Shown here: positions 42,370-52,950 of the stretch, in pieces
Layout: each line of letters begins with the position of its first letter
Numbering within the stretch: the first letter of the stretch is position 1
Assembly (NCBI GenBank): GCA_051878775.1
Contig: JBJEKT010000223.1
Span: forward strand, 1,520-65,519
DNA from: Bacteroides sp.
GTDB lineage: Bacteria; Bacteroidota; Bacteroidia; Bacteroidales; Bacteroidaceae
Reading direction: 5' to 3'
DNA length: 64,000 nt
The notes under the pieces: model-generated
Seen by the model: the letters and a program-made list of their open reading frames with translations, nothing else
Databases searched by the model: none
Told to the model about the DNA's origin: nothing
Program-made: the position numbers and the translations under genes

Positions 42370-43962
42370 ATGAAAAAGATTTTCTCTATGATAGCCAGTG
42401 CGTTGTTGTTAGGCTTCAGTAGCTGCGACAACTTGGACCTGGCGCCAATTGACTACGCTGCCACGGGTAACTTCTGGCAGAATGAGTCGGAAGTGACGAC
42501 CTTTATGTATGGTCTGCACGGACATCTGAGAGCAGACTATCAGTCCCTGATGGTCTTGGGAGAACTCAGAGGTGGTGCGATGATGGACGGTACCTCTTCC
42601 ATCAACACCTCACTCAACTCTTCAGCCATCATCGTGAGCAACCTCACCACCTCTAGCACAGGTATCAGCAACTGGAACAGCTACTACAGCCGCTTGCTGC
42701 AGGTGAACCACTTCATCGAACAGCTTACCAATGGCTGTCCCTTCCTGAGTGATGCTAGCCGCAATACCTTCCTGGCTCAGGCTCACGGCTTGCGTGCTTA
42801 CTACTACTTCATGCTCTACCGTACTTTTGGTGGCGTGCCTCTGGAGAAGGACGTAAAGGTGATGTCGGGTACCATCGATGTAGTGAGCCTCTACCTGGCT
42901 CGCTCGTCAGCAGAAGATGTACTGCAGTTCATCAAGGATGAGATTAAGGCCTCGGAAGAGGGCTTCGGCAGCAGTTCATCGTTCGACTGCTACACCTGGA
43001 ATGTACTGACGACGCAGTTCCTCAAGGCTCAGGTTTATCTCTGGTCGGCCAAGGTGACCACCAATGACTACGAAAAGCCCCATACGGCAACAGGTGCTTC
43101 GGACCTCAACGTAGCCAAGGAGGCATTGGATAAGATTATCAACAGCGGGAAATTCAGTTTGCAGGCTAACTTTGCTGATATCTTTGAATACAACAAGAAG
43201 AAGAACAGCGAAATCATCCTGGCCATGCCTTGCGACTTCAATGAGTATTCCAACTGGGGTGTGAACTTTGTCTATACACCCTCTATCGTAGTAGGTTCTT
43301 ACTATGCTCCCGATGGTAGCAGGATGGAAGATGTCCTCGGACTGGGTACAGCTGGTATCGTGCGCTATGAATGGAAGGAGTCACTCGTTAAGTCGATGGA
43401 TCTCACCGACAGCCGTCGTGCAGCCACCTTCCTGGAGTATTACCAGGACGAGGCACTGACGAAGTTTGGCTCCAGCATGTTGAAGATGAAGGGCCATATC
43501 GAGAGTGGTATCCGTCAGTTTGACTCTGATATCATCATGTACCGTTACGCCGATGTACTGCTGATGCGTGCTGAGGTGGAGAATAGTCTGACAGGCAAGT
43601 GTGCTACGTACATTAACCAGATTCGCCAACGTGCTTATGGTGACAACTACAGCAATGAAGTGGCCTATGTGGATGGTTCGTTTGCTGAGAATGAGCTGGC
43701 TATCCTCCACGAGCGCGACAAGGAGTTTGTGAGCGAAGGTTGTCGTTGGTTTGACGTAGTCCGTCTGCAGGATGCTGCCAAGCAGCCGTTGGTCTTTTCT
43801 GCTGAAGCTGCTTATCCCAAGGTGTATGGCGCAGTTGCACATCCTGTACTTGACAAGGCAACTGAACAGCATAAGCTCCTGTGGCCTGTGAATGTCGCTA
43901 CGCTGACCGCTGACCCTGAGCTGAAGCAGACTTGGGGCTATAACGAGGCCGAAGGCAAGTAA
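42370..43962 (+). CDS. SusD-family lipoprotein (NanU-like)
   Basis: Lipobox FSSC, RAYYYF, YRYADVLLMRAE, ER..EF..EG.RWFD; adjacent nan genes. Confidence 0.88.
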   Translation: MKKIFSMIASALLLGFSSCDNLDLAPIDYAATGNFWQNESEVTTFMYGLHGHLRADYQSLMVLGELRGGAMMDGTSSINTSLNSSAIIVSNLTTSSTGISNWNSYYSRLLQVNHFIEQLTNGCPFLSDASRNTFLAQAHGLRAYYYFMLYRTFGGVPLEKDVKVMSGTIDVVSLYLARSSAEDVLQFIKDEIKASEEGFGSSSSFDCYTWNVLTTQFLKAQVYLWSAKVTTNDYEKPHTATGASDLNVAKEALDKIINSGKFSLQANFADIFEYNKKKNSEIILAMPCDFNEYSNWGVNFVYTPSIVVGSYYAPDGSRMEDVLGLGTAGIVRYEWKESLVKSMDLTDSRRAATFLEYYQDEALTKFGSSMLKMKGHIESGIRQFDSDIIMYRYADVLLMRAEVENSLTGKCATYINQIRQRAYGDNYSNEVAYVDGSFAENELAILHERDKEFVSEGCRWFDVVRLQDAAKQPLVFSAEAAYPKVYGAVAHPVLDKATEQHKLLWPVNVATLTADPELKQTWGYNEAEGK

Positions 43963-44019
43963 CTATTTGTTCGTTAATGCTTTTACTAAGGGCATAATTC
44001 AATAGGCTAGATTAGATAT

Positions 44020-44076
44020 GGTGCCAAGTTTGGGGTAGTAAACAGATTTTTCTTCCTACAAGCTTGGCACCTTTTA
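44020..44076 (+). terminator. Probable terminator after susD
   Basis: GGTGCCAAG...CTTGGCACC followed by TTTT. Confidence 0.55.
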
Positions 44077-44187
44077 GTAATCTTTTTGCAAGAAAATAGG
44101 AGAAAAAGTTGGCGGTGTCAGAAAAGTATCGTACTTTTACGCCGACAGATTGAACATCTAGTATAGTTAACTTTATAATTTACTGAT

Positions 44188-45105
44188 ATGGAAAAAATTA
44201 TCGGACTTATCAATGCTCCTTTTACTCCGTTTCATGCAAACGGTGACGTGAATTTCGAACCCATTCCCGCGTATGCTGCCATGCTGGCCAAGAACGGGCT
44301 GAAGGGTGTGTTTATCAACGGTTCGTCGGGCGAGGGCTACATGCTCACCACCGAAGAGCGTATGCAGCTGGCTGAGGCTTGGATGGCTGCACGGCCTGAG
44401 GGCTTCAAGGTGATTGTCCACGTGGGCAGCTGCTGTCTGCGCGAGAGTGCCAAGCTGGCCGCTCATGCCGCCCAGATTGGGGCTGATGCCATCGGTGCCA
44501 TGGCGCCTCCCTTCCCGAAGATTGGTCGCATCGAGGAGCTGGTGAAGTACTGTGAGGCCATCTGTGCTGCTGCGCCTGAGCTTCCCTTCTACTACTACCA
44601 CATCCCTGCCTTCAATGGCGCTTTCCTGCCCATGCTTGACCTGCTGAAGGCCGTGGATGGCCGTATCCCCAACTTTGCCGGCATCAAATACACCTTCGAG
44701 AGCCTCTATGAGTACAACCAATGCCGCCTCTACAAGAACGGCAAGTACGACATGCTCCACGGTCAGGACGAGACCATCCTGCCGAGCCTGGCTCAGGGCG
44801 GTGCACAGGGTGGCATCGGCGGTACGACCAACTACAACGGCTGCAACCTGGTGGGCATCATCGAGGCCTGGAAGGCAGGCGACCTGGAGAAGGCCCGCGA
44901 ACTGCAGAACTTCTCGCAGGAGGTGATCAACGTAATCTGCAACTTCCGTGGCAACATCGTGGGTGGCAAGCGCATCATGAAGCTCATCGGCCTTGACCTT
45001 GGTCCTAACCGCGTGCCCTTCCGCACCGTGACTGACGAGGAGGAGGTAGAGCTCCGCAAGCAGCTTGAGGCCATCAACTTCTTCGAGCGTTGCAACAAGT
45101 TCTAA
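44188..45105 (+). CDS. nanA: N-acetylneuraminate lyase (DHDPS family, NanL/NanA)
   Basis: NGSSGEG, YYYHIP, GIKYT, GIGGTTNY; nan context. Confidence 0.88.
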   Translation: MEKIIGLINAPFTPFHANGDVNFEPIPAYAAMLAKNGLKGVFINGSSGEGYMLTTEERMQLAEAWMAARPEGFKVIVHVGSCCLRESAKLAAHAAQIGADAIGAMAPPFPKIGRIEELVKYCEAICAAAPELPFYYYHIPAFNGAFLPMLDLLKAVDGRIPNFAGIKYTFESLYEYNQCRLYKNGKYDMLHGQDETILPSLAQGGAQGGIGGTTNYNGCNLVGIIEAWKAGDLEKARELQNFSQEVINVICNFRGNIVGGKRIMKLIGLDLGPNRVPFRTVTDEEEVELRKQLEAINFFERCNKF

Positions 45106-45147
45106 GCGGACTGACGTGGCGACAAGTATTCACTTTCTAAACATGAG

Positions 45148-46407
45148 ATGACCATGAAAAACTCTAAAGCATATCCTTGGGTAGTGGTCGGCCTGCTGTG
45201 GGTCGTAGCGCTGCTCAACTACATGGACCGACAGATGCTCTCCACGATGCAGGAGGCCATGGGACATGACATCGTGGAGCTGCAGAATGCCGAGGCATTC
45301 GGCTTCCTGATGTCGGTGTTCCTCTGGATCTATGCCGTGATGAGCCCTGTATCGGGAGTGATTGGTGACCGGCTTAACCGCAAGTGGCTCATCGTGGGCA
45401 GCCTCTTCGTCTGGTCGTCGGTGACGCTGGCCATGGGCTTTGCCGAATCCTATAATCAGATTCTGGTACTGCGTGCCGTGATGGGTATCAGCGAGGCGCT
45501 CTACATGCCTGCGGCCCTCTCGCTCATCGCCGACTATCACCAGGGCAAGTCCTGCTCCCTGGCCGTGGGCATCCACATGACCGGTCTCTACTGCGGACAG
45601 GCCGTGGGAGGCTTTGGTGCGACGGTGGCTGCTGCCTTCTCATGGCATGAGGCTTTCCTCGGATTTGGTCTCATTGGCGTGATTTACTCCTTGATTCTCA
45701 TTGCCTTCCTGCATGATAAGGGTAGGGGACGTGAGGTGGATTCACCCGCTCAGCTGGCGGCTCAGAAGGCGGCTCAGCAGCCCAAGGAGAGTATCTGGAA
45801 GGCATTCCCCATCCTCTTCAGCAGCCTGGCCTTTGGTGTAATCCTCTTCTACTTTGCCGTGCTCAGCCTCCCCGGATGGGCCACGAAGAACTGGCTCCCC
45901 ACGCTCTTCGCCAACAGCCTCGACATCCCCATGTCGCAGGCCGGTCCGATGAGCACCATCACCATCGCCTTCTCGTCGTTCCTCGGCGTGATTATCGGTG
46001 GTGTGATGAGTGACCGCTGGGTGAAGGTCAATCTCCGTGGACGCGTCTATACGAGTGCCATCGGCCTCTCGCTCACCATTCCCTCGCTCGTGCTGCTGGG
46101 TACGAGCCACGACATCGTGGGAGTGGTCAGTGCCGGCCTGCTCTTCGGAATCGGCTACGGTATGTTTGATACCAACAACATGCCCATCCTCTGCCAGTTC
46201 GTGTCGAGCAAGTACCGTGCTACGGCCTATGGTATCATGAACATGACCGGCGTGGTCTTCGGTGCCATCGTCACGCAGCTGCTCGGTAAGCTGAAGGACG
46301 GCGGCATGGACCTGGGTGTAAGCTTTGCCTGCATGGGGGCTGTGGTGGCCGTGGCCGTCATCCTCCAGCTGCTCTTCCTCAAACCCCAGAGTGACAATAT
46401 GGAGTAA
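45148..46407 (+). CDS. MFS transporter, probable sialic acid permease (NanT-like)
   Basis: LNYMDRQ, GDRLNRK, hydrophobic 12-TM pattern; follows the lyase. Confidence 0.85.
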   Translation: MTMKNSKAYPWVVVGLLWVVALLNYMDRQMLSTMQEAMGHDIVELQNAEAFGFLMSVFLWIYAVMSPVSGVIGDRLNRKWLIVGSLFVWSSVTLAMGFAESYNQILVLRAVMGISEALYMPAALSLIADYHQGKSCSLAVGIHMTGLYCGQAVGGFGATVAAAFSWHEAFLGFGLIGVIYSLILIAFLHDKGRGREVDSPAQLAAQKAAQQPKESIWKAFPILFSSLAFGVILFYFAVLSLPGWATKNWLPTLFANSLDIPMSQAGPMSTITIAFSSFLGVIIGGVMSDRWVKVNLRGRVYTSAIGLSLTIPSLVLLGTSHDIVGVVSAGLLFGIGYGMFDTNNMPILCQFVSSKYRATAYGIMNMTGVVFGAIVTQLLGKLKDGGMDLGVSFACMGAVVAVAVILQLLFLKPQSDNME

Positions 46408-46426
46408 CAGTAAAGACATTTCTTGC

Positions 46427-49400
46427 ATGAAATCCGTACAACAATCCTTCGTGTGGGCCATGATTTTCATGGCCCACATTTGCCTTACCTGCAGCTTCCA
46501 AGCCTGCAGTGAGGTCCATCCCTATGCGGCTGATGAGTTCAGCATGGAGCCCCAGCCGCTTCCCCTCATCATCGATGAAGGTAGTAAGGGTATCGAACAG
46601 GGTGTATCCGCCATGTTCACCGGTGTGATCGATGGCCAGCTCCTCGTGGCTGGTGGTTGCAACTTCCCCGACAAGCCCGCCTCTGAAGGGGGCAAGAAGC
46701 GTTACTACGACGGCATCTACCGTTTGAAGCTCAGCGGACCTGACTCGCTCACCTGGCAGCGGGTGGGGAGTCTGCCTCAGCCTCTGGCCTACGGAGCCTT
46801 TGCCACGTGGCGCGGACAGCTGCTCTGCGTTGGTGGTCAGACTCCTGAGGGGTCCAGCAGTCAGGTATTTGCCCTCCGTATCGAGCAGGGGCAGTCACTC
46901 ATCGAGCCGCTGCCTTCGCTGCCCTGCACTCTCGACAACGCCTATGCTGCGCTGCTCGACGAGGTGCTTTACGTGGCGGGTGGCCAAGCCGATGGCACCC
47001 CTTCGGATGCCCTCTATGCCCTGCCGCTGAGTCGTCCTGAGGAGGGGTGGAGTCAGGTGGCTACCTTGCCTGATGGGCCGAGGGTACAGCCCGTGCTCGC
47101 CGCCCTCGGTGGGGAGCTCTACCTCTTGGGAGGATTCTCCAACAAGGCTGGTGAGACCCCCTGCGTGCGTCGCACCGCTTGGCGCTATCAGGTGGCTCAG
47201 AAGGAGTGGACGGAGATAGCAGCCCCCGAAGCCTTTGTGGGCGGTGGGTGTGCCGTAGCGCTCGATGAGGAGCATCTGCTCTGTGCCGGAGGGGTGAATG
47301 CCGATATCTTCGAGCGGGCCATCCGGGGTGAATATCCTCAGCCCGACTACCTGCTCCACCCCAAGGAGTGGTACCGCTTCAATCCCCTCCTGCAGTGTTA
47401 CAACGTCCGGACGGGCGTGTGGAGCTGCATGGCTCAGGAGGAGCGGCTGGCACGTGCCGGTGCCGGCATGGTGCTGACTGACCACGGCTTCATCCTCGTG
47501 CAGGGTGAAGAGAAGCCCGGTATCCGTTCGCCGCAGATGACCTGCTTCAGCCGCCGTGGGCTCGACCGCGCATTGCCCCTGGTGGAGCAGTTGCCGCTGT
47601 TGCCTCGTCCGCAGCACATCGTCTTCGGCCCGGGCCGATGCTTCACCACAGGTGGTTTCCACCTGGGAGGTGGCTCCGACAGCTTGCGGCTCGTGGAGGA
47701 TGCCTCCATCCAGCTCGTTGACAACCTTCAGAACGACGAGGCCTACACCCTCGACGTCACCCCTGAGGGCATCCGCATCCAGGCCATGAGCGAGCAGGGC
47801 GTCTATTGGGCTAAGCAGACGCTGGCTCAGCTGGCCCTCTACGACGAGGGTGCCTTTGCCGGCTTTATGGGATGCCATGTGGAGGATTGGCCCTCGTTCC
47901 GCATCCGGGGCTTCCTCCAGGACGTGGGGCGGAGCTACATCTCCCTGCCCGAGCTCAAGAAGGAGATTGCCCTGCTGAGCCGCTACAAAGTAAATGTCTT
48001 CCATTGGCACCTCACGGAGAATCAGGCCTGGCGCCTGGAGAGCAAGCGCTATCCGCAGCTCAACGACCCCGCCATCACCCTCCGTATGCCGGGTAAGTAT
48101 TATACCCATGAGGAGGCCCGGGAGCTGGTGGAGTTCTGCCGTGCTCACGGGATGACACTGATTCCGGAGATTGACGTCCCGGGCCATAGTGCCGCCTTTG
48201 AGCGCGCCTTCGGCTGCTCCATGCAGAGCGAGCAGGGTGTGCCCATCGTGCGCGAACTGCTCACCGAAGCGTGCGACCTCTTCCACGACGTACCTTATTT
48301 CCACCTGGGTACGGACGAGGTGGCCTTCACCAACCCCGACTTCGTGCCCGAGATGGTGGCACTGGTGCGCTCCAAGGGGATGAAGGTCATCTCCTACAAC
48401 CCGGGTTGGCGCTACCAGGTGGGTGAGATTGATATGACCCACCTCTGGAGCTACCGAGGCAAGGCCCAGCCAGGCATCCCCGCCATCGACAGTAAGTTCC
48501 ATTACCTCAATCATTTCGATACCTTTGCCGACCTTGTGTCGCTCTACGGAAGCCGTATCTACAACACGCCCCAGGGCAGCGACGACATTGCCGGAGCTAT
48601 CCTGGCCCTGTGGCATGACCGCCTTTCGCCTACCGAGGGGGAGATGATTCGCAACAACCACCTCTATCCCAACATGCTCGCCCTGGCTGAGAGGGCCTGG
48701 AGGGGTGGGGGATACGCCTACTTCGACGGCCTGGGCACGATGATGCCGCCACGTGGCAGCAAGGATTTCCTGGCCTTTGCCGACTTTGAACAGCGCCTGA
48801 TTCATCACCTCAGTCGCTACGCCGACCCTGCCGACTACTGCTACGTCCGGCAGTCGGACCAGGTGTGGGCCATCACCGATGCCTTCCCCAACAAGGGCGA
48901 CCTGGCGGCCATCTTCCCGCCTGAGAGCCAGCCGCTGCCCGAGCGCCTGGAGGAGGCCACCTACCGCTATGAAGGTACTGACTACGGGGTACGCACAGCC
49001 ACCGGTGCAGGCATCTACCTGCGTCACGTATGGGGCACCTTCGTCCCCGGATTCTATGAGCACCCCGAGCCCAACCACACCGCCTATGCCTATACCTGGG
49101 TCTATTCCGACAAGGAGCAGCAGGTGGGACTCCTGGCCGAAACGCAGAACTACAGCCGCTCAGAGAAGGACTTCCCACCCGTGCAGGGCACGTGGGACTA
49201 CCGAGGCAGTCGCATCTGGCTTAATGGCCAGGAGATAGCACCACCCCACTGGAGCAACCAGACGATGGAGCACGACAACGAGCTCCCCTTGGGCAACGAG
49301 AACCTGGCCGTGCGCCAGCCGATACCCGTCACCCTGCAGAAGGGGTGGAATACGCTGCTGCTCAAGCTCCCTGTGGGGCAGTTTAATACCCCCGAGGTGC

Positions 49401-49489
49401 GCCTCGTGAAGTGGATGTTTGCTGCCACGCTCACCACCCTGGATGGACGTGAGGCAGCCCACGGCATCCGCTATGCGGTGCAGAAATAA
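46427..49489 (+). CDS. Fusion lipoprotein: Kelch/NanM-like mutarotase + GH20 hexosaminidase
   Basis: N-half AGGCNFPDKPA..GGKKRYY..QGEEKPGIRSP; C-half RGFLQDVGR, HWHLTENQAWR, PEIDVPGHS, HLGTDE; continuous ORF. Confidence 0.85.
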   Translation: MKSVQQSFVWAMIFMAHICLTCSFQACSEVHPYAADEFSMEPQPLPLIIDEGSKGIEQGVSAMFTGVIDGQLLVAGGCNFPDKPASEGGKKRYYDGIYRLKLSGPDSLTWQRVGSLPQPLAYGAFATWRGQLLCVGGQTPEGSSSQVFALRIEQGQSLIEPLPSLPCTLDNAYAALLDEVLYVAGGQADGTPSDALYALPLSRPEEGWSQVATLPDGPRVQPVLAALGGELYLLGGFSNKAGETPCVRRTAWRYQVAQKEWTEIAAPEAFVGGGCAVALDEEHLLCAGGVNADIFERAIRGEYPQPDYLLHPKEWYRFNPLLQCYNVRTGVWSCMAQEERLARAGAGMVLTDHGFILVQGEEKPGIRSPQMTCFSRRGLDRALPLVEQLPLLPRPQHIVFGPGRCFTTGGFHLGGGSDSLRLVEDASIQLVDNLQNDEAYTLDVTPEGIRIQAMSEQGVYWAKQTLAQLALYDEGAFAGFMGCHVEDWPSFRIRGFLQDVGRSYISLPELKKEIALLSRYKVNVFHWHLTENQAWRLESKRYPQLNDPAITLRMPGKYYTHEEARELVEFCRAHGMTLIPEIDVPGHSAAFERAFGCSMQSEQGVPIVRELLTEACDLFHDVPYFHLGTDEVAFTNPDFVPEMVALVRSKGMKVISYNPGWRYQVGEIDMTHLWSYRGKAQPGIPAIDSKFHYLNHFDTFADLVSLYGSRIYNTPQGSDDIAGAILALWHDRLSPTEGEMIRNNHLYPNMLALAERAWRGGGYAYFDGLGTMMPPRGSKDFLAFADFEQRLIHHLSRYADPADYCYVRQSDQVWAITDAFPNKGDLAAIFPPESQPLPERLEEATYRYEGTDYGVRTATGAGIYLRHVWGTFVPGFYEHPEPNHTAYAYTWVYSDKEQQVGLLAETQNYSRSEKDFPPVQGTWDYRGSRIWLNGQEIAPPHWSNQTMEHDNELPLGNENLAVRQPIPVTLQKGWNTLLLKLPVGQFNTPEVRLVKWMFAATLTTLDGREAAHGIRYAVQK

Positions 49490-49528
49490 CAGATAAATAG
49501 TAACCGGAAAACATGTTCATATTGACCT

Positions 49529-50080
49529 ATGATTGACGAAATAATTGCTTACAACAAGTCCTTCGTGGAAAAGAAGGGTTACGAGAAATACCTGACGGAT
49601 AAGTATCCTGATAAGAAGTTGGCTGTGCTCTCCTGCATGGACACTCGCCTTACGCAGCTGCTGCCCTCGGCGTTAGGGTTGAAGAACGGTGACGCCAAGC
49701 TCATCAAGAACGCCGGTGGGTTGGTCATTTCAGCCTTCGACTCGGCCATGCGAAGCCTCATTGTGGCCATCTACGAGCTGGGTGTGGAGGAGATTATGGT
49801 GGTGGCTCACTCGCATTGCGGCGCCTGCCACATGAGCTACGACCACTTTCATCACGCCATGATAGCCCGTGGCGTGACCGACCAGACGCTGGACACCATC
49901 CAGAAGTGCGGCATTGACCTGCACCACTGGTTGGAGGGTTTCAAGGACACGCACGAGTCGGTGCGCAAGACGGTGGAGACCATCGTGACCCATCCGCTCG
50001 TGCCGAGCGACGTGGTGGTGCGCGGCTTCATCATCGACTCCGAAACAGGTGAACTCGAAGAGGTGGATTGCCTGGAATAA
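49529..50080 (+). CDS. Beta-class carbonic anhydrase
   Basis: CMDTR, KNAGG, HSHCG zinc motifs. Confidence 0.92.
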   Translation: MIDEIIAYNKSFVEKKGYEKYLTDKYPDKKLAVLSCMDTRLTQLLPSALGLKNGDAKLIKNAGGLVISAFDSAMRSLIVAIYELGVEEIMVVAHSHCGACHMSYDHFHHAMIARGVTDQTLDTIQKCGIDLHHWLEGFKDTHESVRKTVETIVTHPLVPSDVVVRGFIIDSETGELEEVDCLE

Positions 50081-50105
50081 TTGAATAACTATTTTTACAA
50101 AGTAT

Positions 50106-52283
50106 ATGTTTACGAGGCAAGGTTTGTGTCTGATTAACCGGCTGCGTCGTGTGGTGCTGTTGGTTGCTTGTGTGTTTGTATTATCGCCGGTAGCGGCGCA
50201 GGTGAAGGTGGCTTGCGTAGGTAACTCCATCACCTACGGGTATGGCACGGCCAACCCGCTGACGGATGCTTATCCCGCACAGCTGCAGGAGTTGCTGGGC
50301 GAGGGATACGAGGTGGGCAACTTCGGACGTTCGGGCACGACGCTGCTGCGCCGCGGACACCGTCCCTACGTGGAGACGGAGGAGTTTCGCAAGGCACTTG
50401 CCTTCCAGGGTGACGTGGTGGTGATTCACCTCGGCGTGAACGATACCGACCCGCGCGACTGGCCGCTCTACCGTGACGACTTCATCCCCGACTACATGGC
50501 GCTGATTGACTCCTTCCGGGTGGCCAATCCCCTCTGCCGCATCCTCATAGCCCGCCTCTCGCCGCTGGGCGTACACCACTACCGCTTTGAGTCGGGCACG
50601 CGCGACTGGCAATGGCAGGTGCAGGAGGCCATCGGGCAGGTGGCGCGTAACACGGGGGTGGAGCTCATCGACTTCCACCGCCTGCTCTACGCTTACCCCC
50701 ACCTGATTGAGGACCAGATCCATCCCGTGAAGGAGGGGCTGGGCATGATGGCGGCTTATGTGAAGAGCGTGCTCACAGGCGACTTCGGTGGTCTTCGTCT
50801 GCCCGAGGCCTACAGCAGCCACATGGTGTTGCCCCATGGCCGCAAGCTGACCATCCGGGGCATGGCCAATGCCGGAGCCCAGGTCAGGGTTACGGTGTCG
50901 GGCCTGCAGCAACCGGGCCAAGCACCGGGCCCTGGGAAGGGTGCCGTGAAGGGTCGTGGGAAAAGGGGGAAGGCTGCAAGCCGCTGCATTGAGCAACTCA
51001 CGGCGGTGGCATCGCCTCTCGGAGAGTGGGAGGTGGAGCTGCAGCCCCTGGCCGCCGGAGGTCCTTATGCCCTGGAGCTCACTGACGGGGTGAAGCGCAT
51101 CACGCTCGATGATGTGCTGGCCGGTGAGGTATGGCTCTGCTCCGGCCAGTCCAACATGGCCTTCATGCTCGGTCAGGACCGTCAGGCCAAGGAGGTGGTA
51201 CCCTCAGCTTCCCATCCGCTCATCCGCTTCCTCGACCTCAAGCCGCGTTGGGAGACGCAGGACGTGGAGTGGGAGCCTTCCGCGCTCGACAGCCTGGGTC
51301 ACCTCAACTATTTCCGTCACGACGGCTGGCAGCCCTGCACCTCGGCCACGGCACAGCGCTTCTCTGCCGTGGGCTACTACTTTGGCCGTATGCTGGCCGA
51401 CTCGCTGCAGCTGCCCGTGGGGTTGATTTGCAACGCCGTGGGTGGGGCAGGCACGGAGGCCTTCATCGACCGTAAGACGCTGGAGTTTGAGTTTCCTGCC
51501 ATCCTCCGTCTTTGGCGCAGTAATGATTTCATACAGGATTGGGTGCGTGAACGCGCTTCGAAGAATGTGGCTAAGGCCACCAATCCGCTGCAGCGCCACC
51601 CCTACGAGCCCTGTTACCTCTTCGAGACGAGTGACCGCATCCTGGGGCACTACCCCCTCAGTGGGGTCATCTGGTACCAGGGAGAGAGCAATGCCCACAA
51701 CTGGGATACGCACACCAAGCTCTTCCAGCTGCTGCTCCGCTCCTGGCGTACCTATTGGGACAACCCGCAGCTCCCCTTCTACTACGTGCAGCTCTCCAGC
51801 CTTGAACGCCCCTCGTGGACCTGGTTCCGTGACAGTCAGCGCAGGCTCCTGGAGCTGACGCAACACACCGGTATGGCCGTGACCCACGACGTGGGCGACC
51901 GCTACGACGTACACCCCACCGACAAGCAGCCCGTGGGCCAACGCCTGGCCCGCTGGGCGCTGAGCAGCACTTACGGCAGGCCCTGCATACCCTCAGGCCC
52001 CCTCTACCGCTCCAAGCAGCTGGAGGGTGACAGGGTAATCATCACCTTCGACTACGCAGAGGGTCTTCAGGGCAGGGATGCGCAGCCTGTGCAGGGCTTT
52101 GAGGTGGCTGGTGCTGACGGTCTCTGGCATCCCGCCCAGGTGGAGATAAGGGGCAGCAGGGTCATCGTGTGGAGCTACGAGGTGCCGCACCCCGTGCAGG
52201 TGCGCTACGCCTGGCAGCCCTACACGGAGGCCAACCTGGTGAATGGAGCCGCTCTTCCGGCCTCCACGTTCCTTACGGAATGA
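50106..52283 (+). CDS. Sialate O-acetylesterase (GDSL + SASA domains)
   Basis: GNSIT, GEVWLCSGQSNM, IWYQGESN, DVHP. Confidence 0.9.
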   Translation: MFTRQGLCLINRLRRVVLLVACVFVLSPVAAQVKVACVGNSITYGYGTANPLTDAYPAQLQELLGEGYEVGNFGRSGTTLLRRGHRPYVETEEFRKALAFQGDVVVIHLGVNDTDPRDWPLYRDDFIPDYMALIDSFRVANPLCRILIARLSPLGVHHYRFESGTRDWQWQVQEAIGQVARNTGVELIDFHRLLYAYPHLIEDQIHPVKEGLGMMAAYVKSVLTGDFGGLRLPEAYSSHMVLPHGRKLTIRGMANAGAQVRVTVSGLQQPGQAPGPGKGAVKGRGKRGKAASRCIEQLTAVASPLGEWEVELQPLAAGGPYALELTDGVKRITLDDVLAGEVWLCSGQSNMAFMLGQDRQAKEVVPSASHPLIRFLDLKPRWETQDVEWEPSALDSLGHLNYFRHDGWQPCTSATAQRFSAVGYYFGRMLADSLQLPVGLICNAVGGAGTEAFIDRKTLEFEFPAILRLWRSNDFIQDWVRERASKNVAKATNPLQRHPYEPCYLFETSDRILGHYPLSGVIWYQGESNAHNWDTHTKLFQLLLRSWRTYWDNPQLPFYYVQLSSLERPSWTWFRDSQRRLLELTQHTGMAVTHDVGDRYDVHPTDKQPVGQRLARWALSSTYGRPCIPSGPLYRSKQLEGDRVIITFDYAEGLQGRDAQPVQGFEVAGADGLWHPAQVEIRGSRVIVWSYEVPHPVQVRYAWQPYTEANLVNGAALPASTFLTE

Positions 52284-52413
52284 TGTGCACAATAGGTTGA
52301 TTGCTGTAGGGGGGTAGGGAGGCTTTCAGTCAGCGGGAGGTGTGCTCTATCCTGCAGGTATGCTGCTTGGTCTCCTTGTCGTAGCAGTTTGCTGACGTTG
52401 CGACGGGGTATCA

Positions 52414-52935
52414 TCACGAGGTCTGCATAGCCCTTGCCCGTAGCGTATTCACGGTGGATGACATACTCGTTGCGTGCCCAGATATAGGCAATGATGTATT
52501 CACTGAGTCGTAAGCCCCCGTGGTAGCCAAATAGCTCCGATACCAGTCATCCTCTATGGCCCGCATGACGGAATATGGATTGTATATATGCGATTCGTTT
52601 CCTATTTTAATGACGCCTTGCTTCTTCTTTAGGTCTTTTTCTATCGCTGTCAGTACGGTTTCTATCAGTGTGAGCTTAGTGTCTTCATAGTTTTCAAACT
52701 GCCAACTGTTAAACTGTATCTGAGCAACTTTTTCCTTTTTATTGGCTTCTTCTTTCATCCATTGGTCAATGCCCTCTTTCATCAAGAGCATCAGACTGCT
52801 CTTCCCTGAACCCCAATCACCGAATATTCCTATGGTAATTGGGAGCATGGTTGAATCAAGAACCACCTCTTTCAGAAGGTCTGCATGAACTTGATAGCCC
52901 AACAGGTCTTCATTTGTCTCATTATCTGCCCACAT
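52414..52935 (-). pseudogene. Truncated KAP-family P-loop NTPase (QatA-like N-terminus) joined to a fragment of another AAA-ATPase-like gene
   Basis: MWADNET..IGIFGDWGSGKSS..FNSWQFE, then an abrupt switch to IGNESHIYNPYSVMRAI..SY..TGAYD; no Walker B. Confidence 0.75.
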
Positions 52936-52950
52936 ATCTTCTATCCTCCT

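Noticed and set aside
46325-46426. ORF-track start for the mutarotase-GH20 fusion
   Set aside because: It overlaps the MFS gene; ATG at 46427 gives a plausible signal peptide.
46895-49078. 727-aa minus-strand ORF and similar long antisense ORFs (e.g. 26809-28305, 16138-17565, 3969-5327, 60345-61502)
   Set aside because: They are shadows of well-supported genes on the opposite strand, expected from GC3-rich codon usage, and have no motifs.
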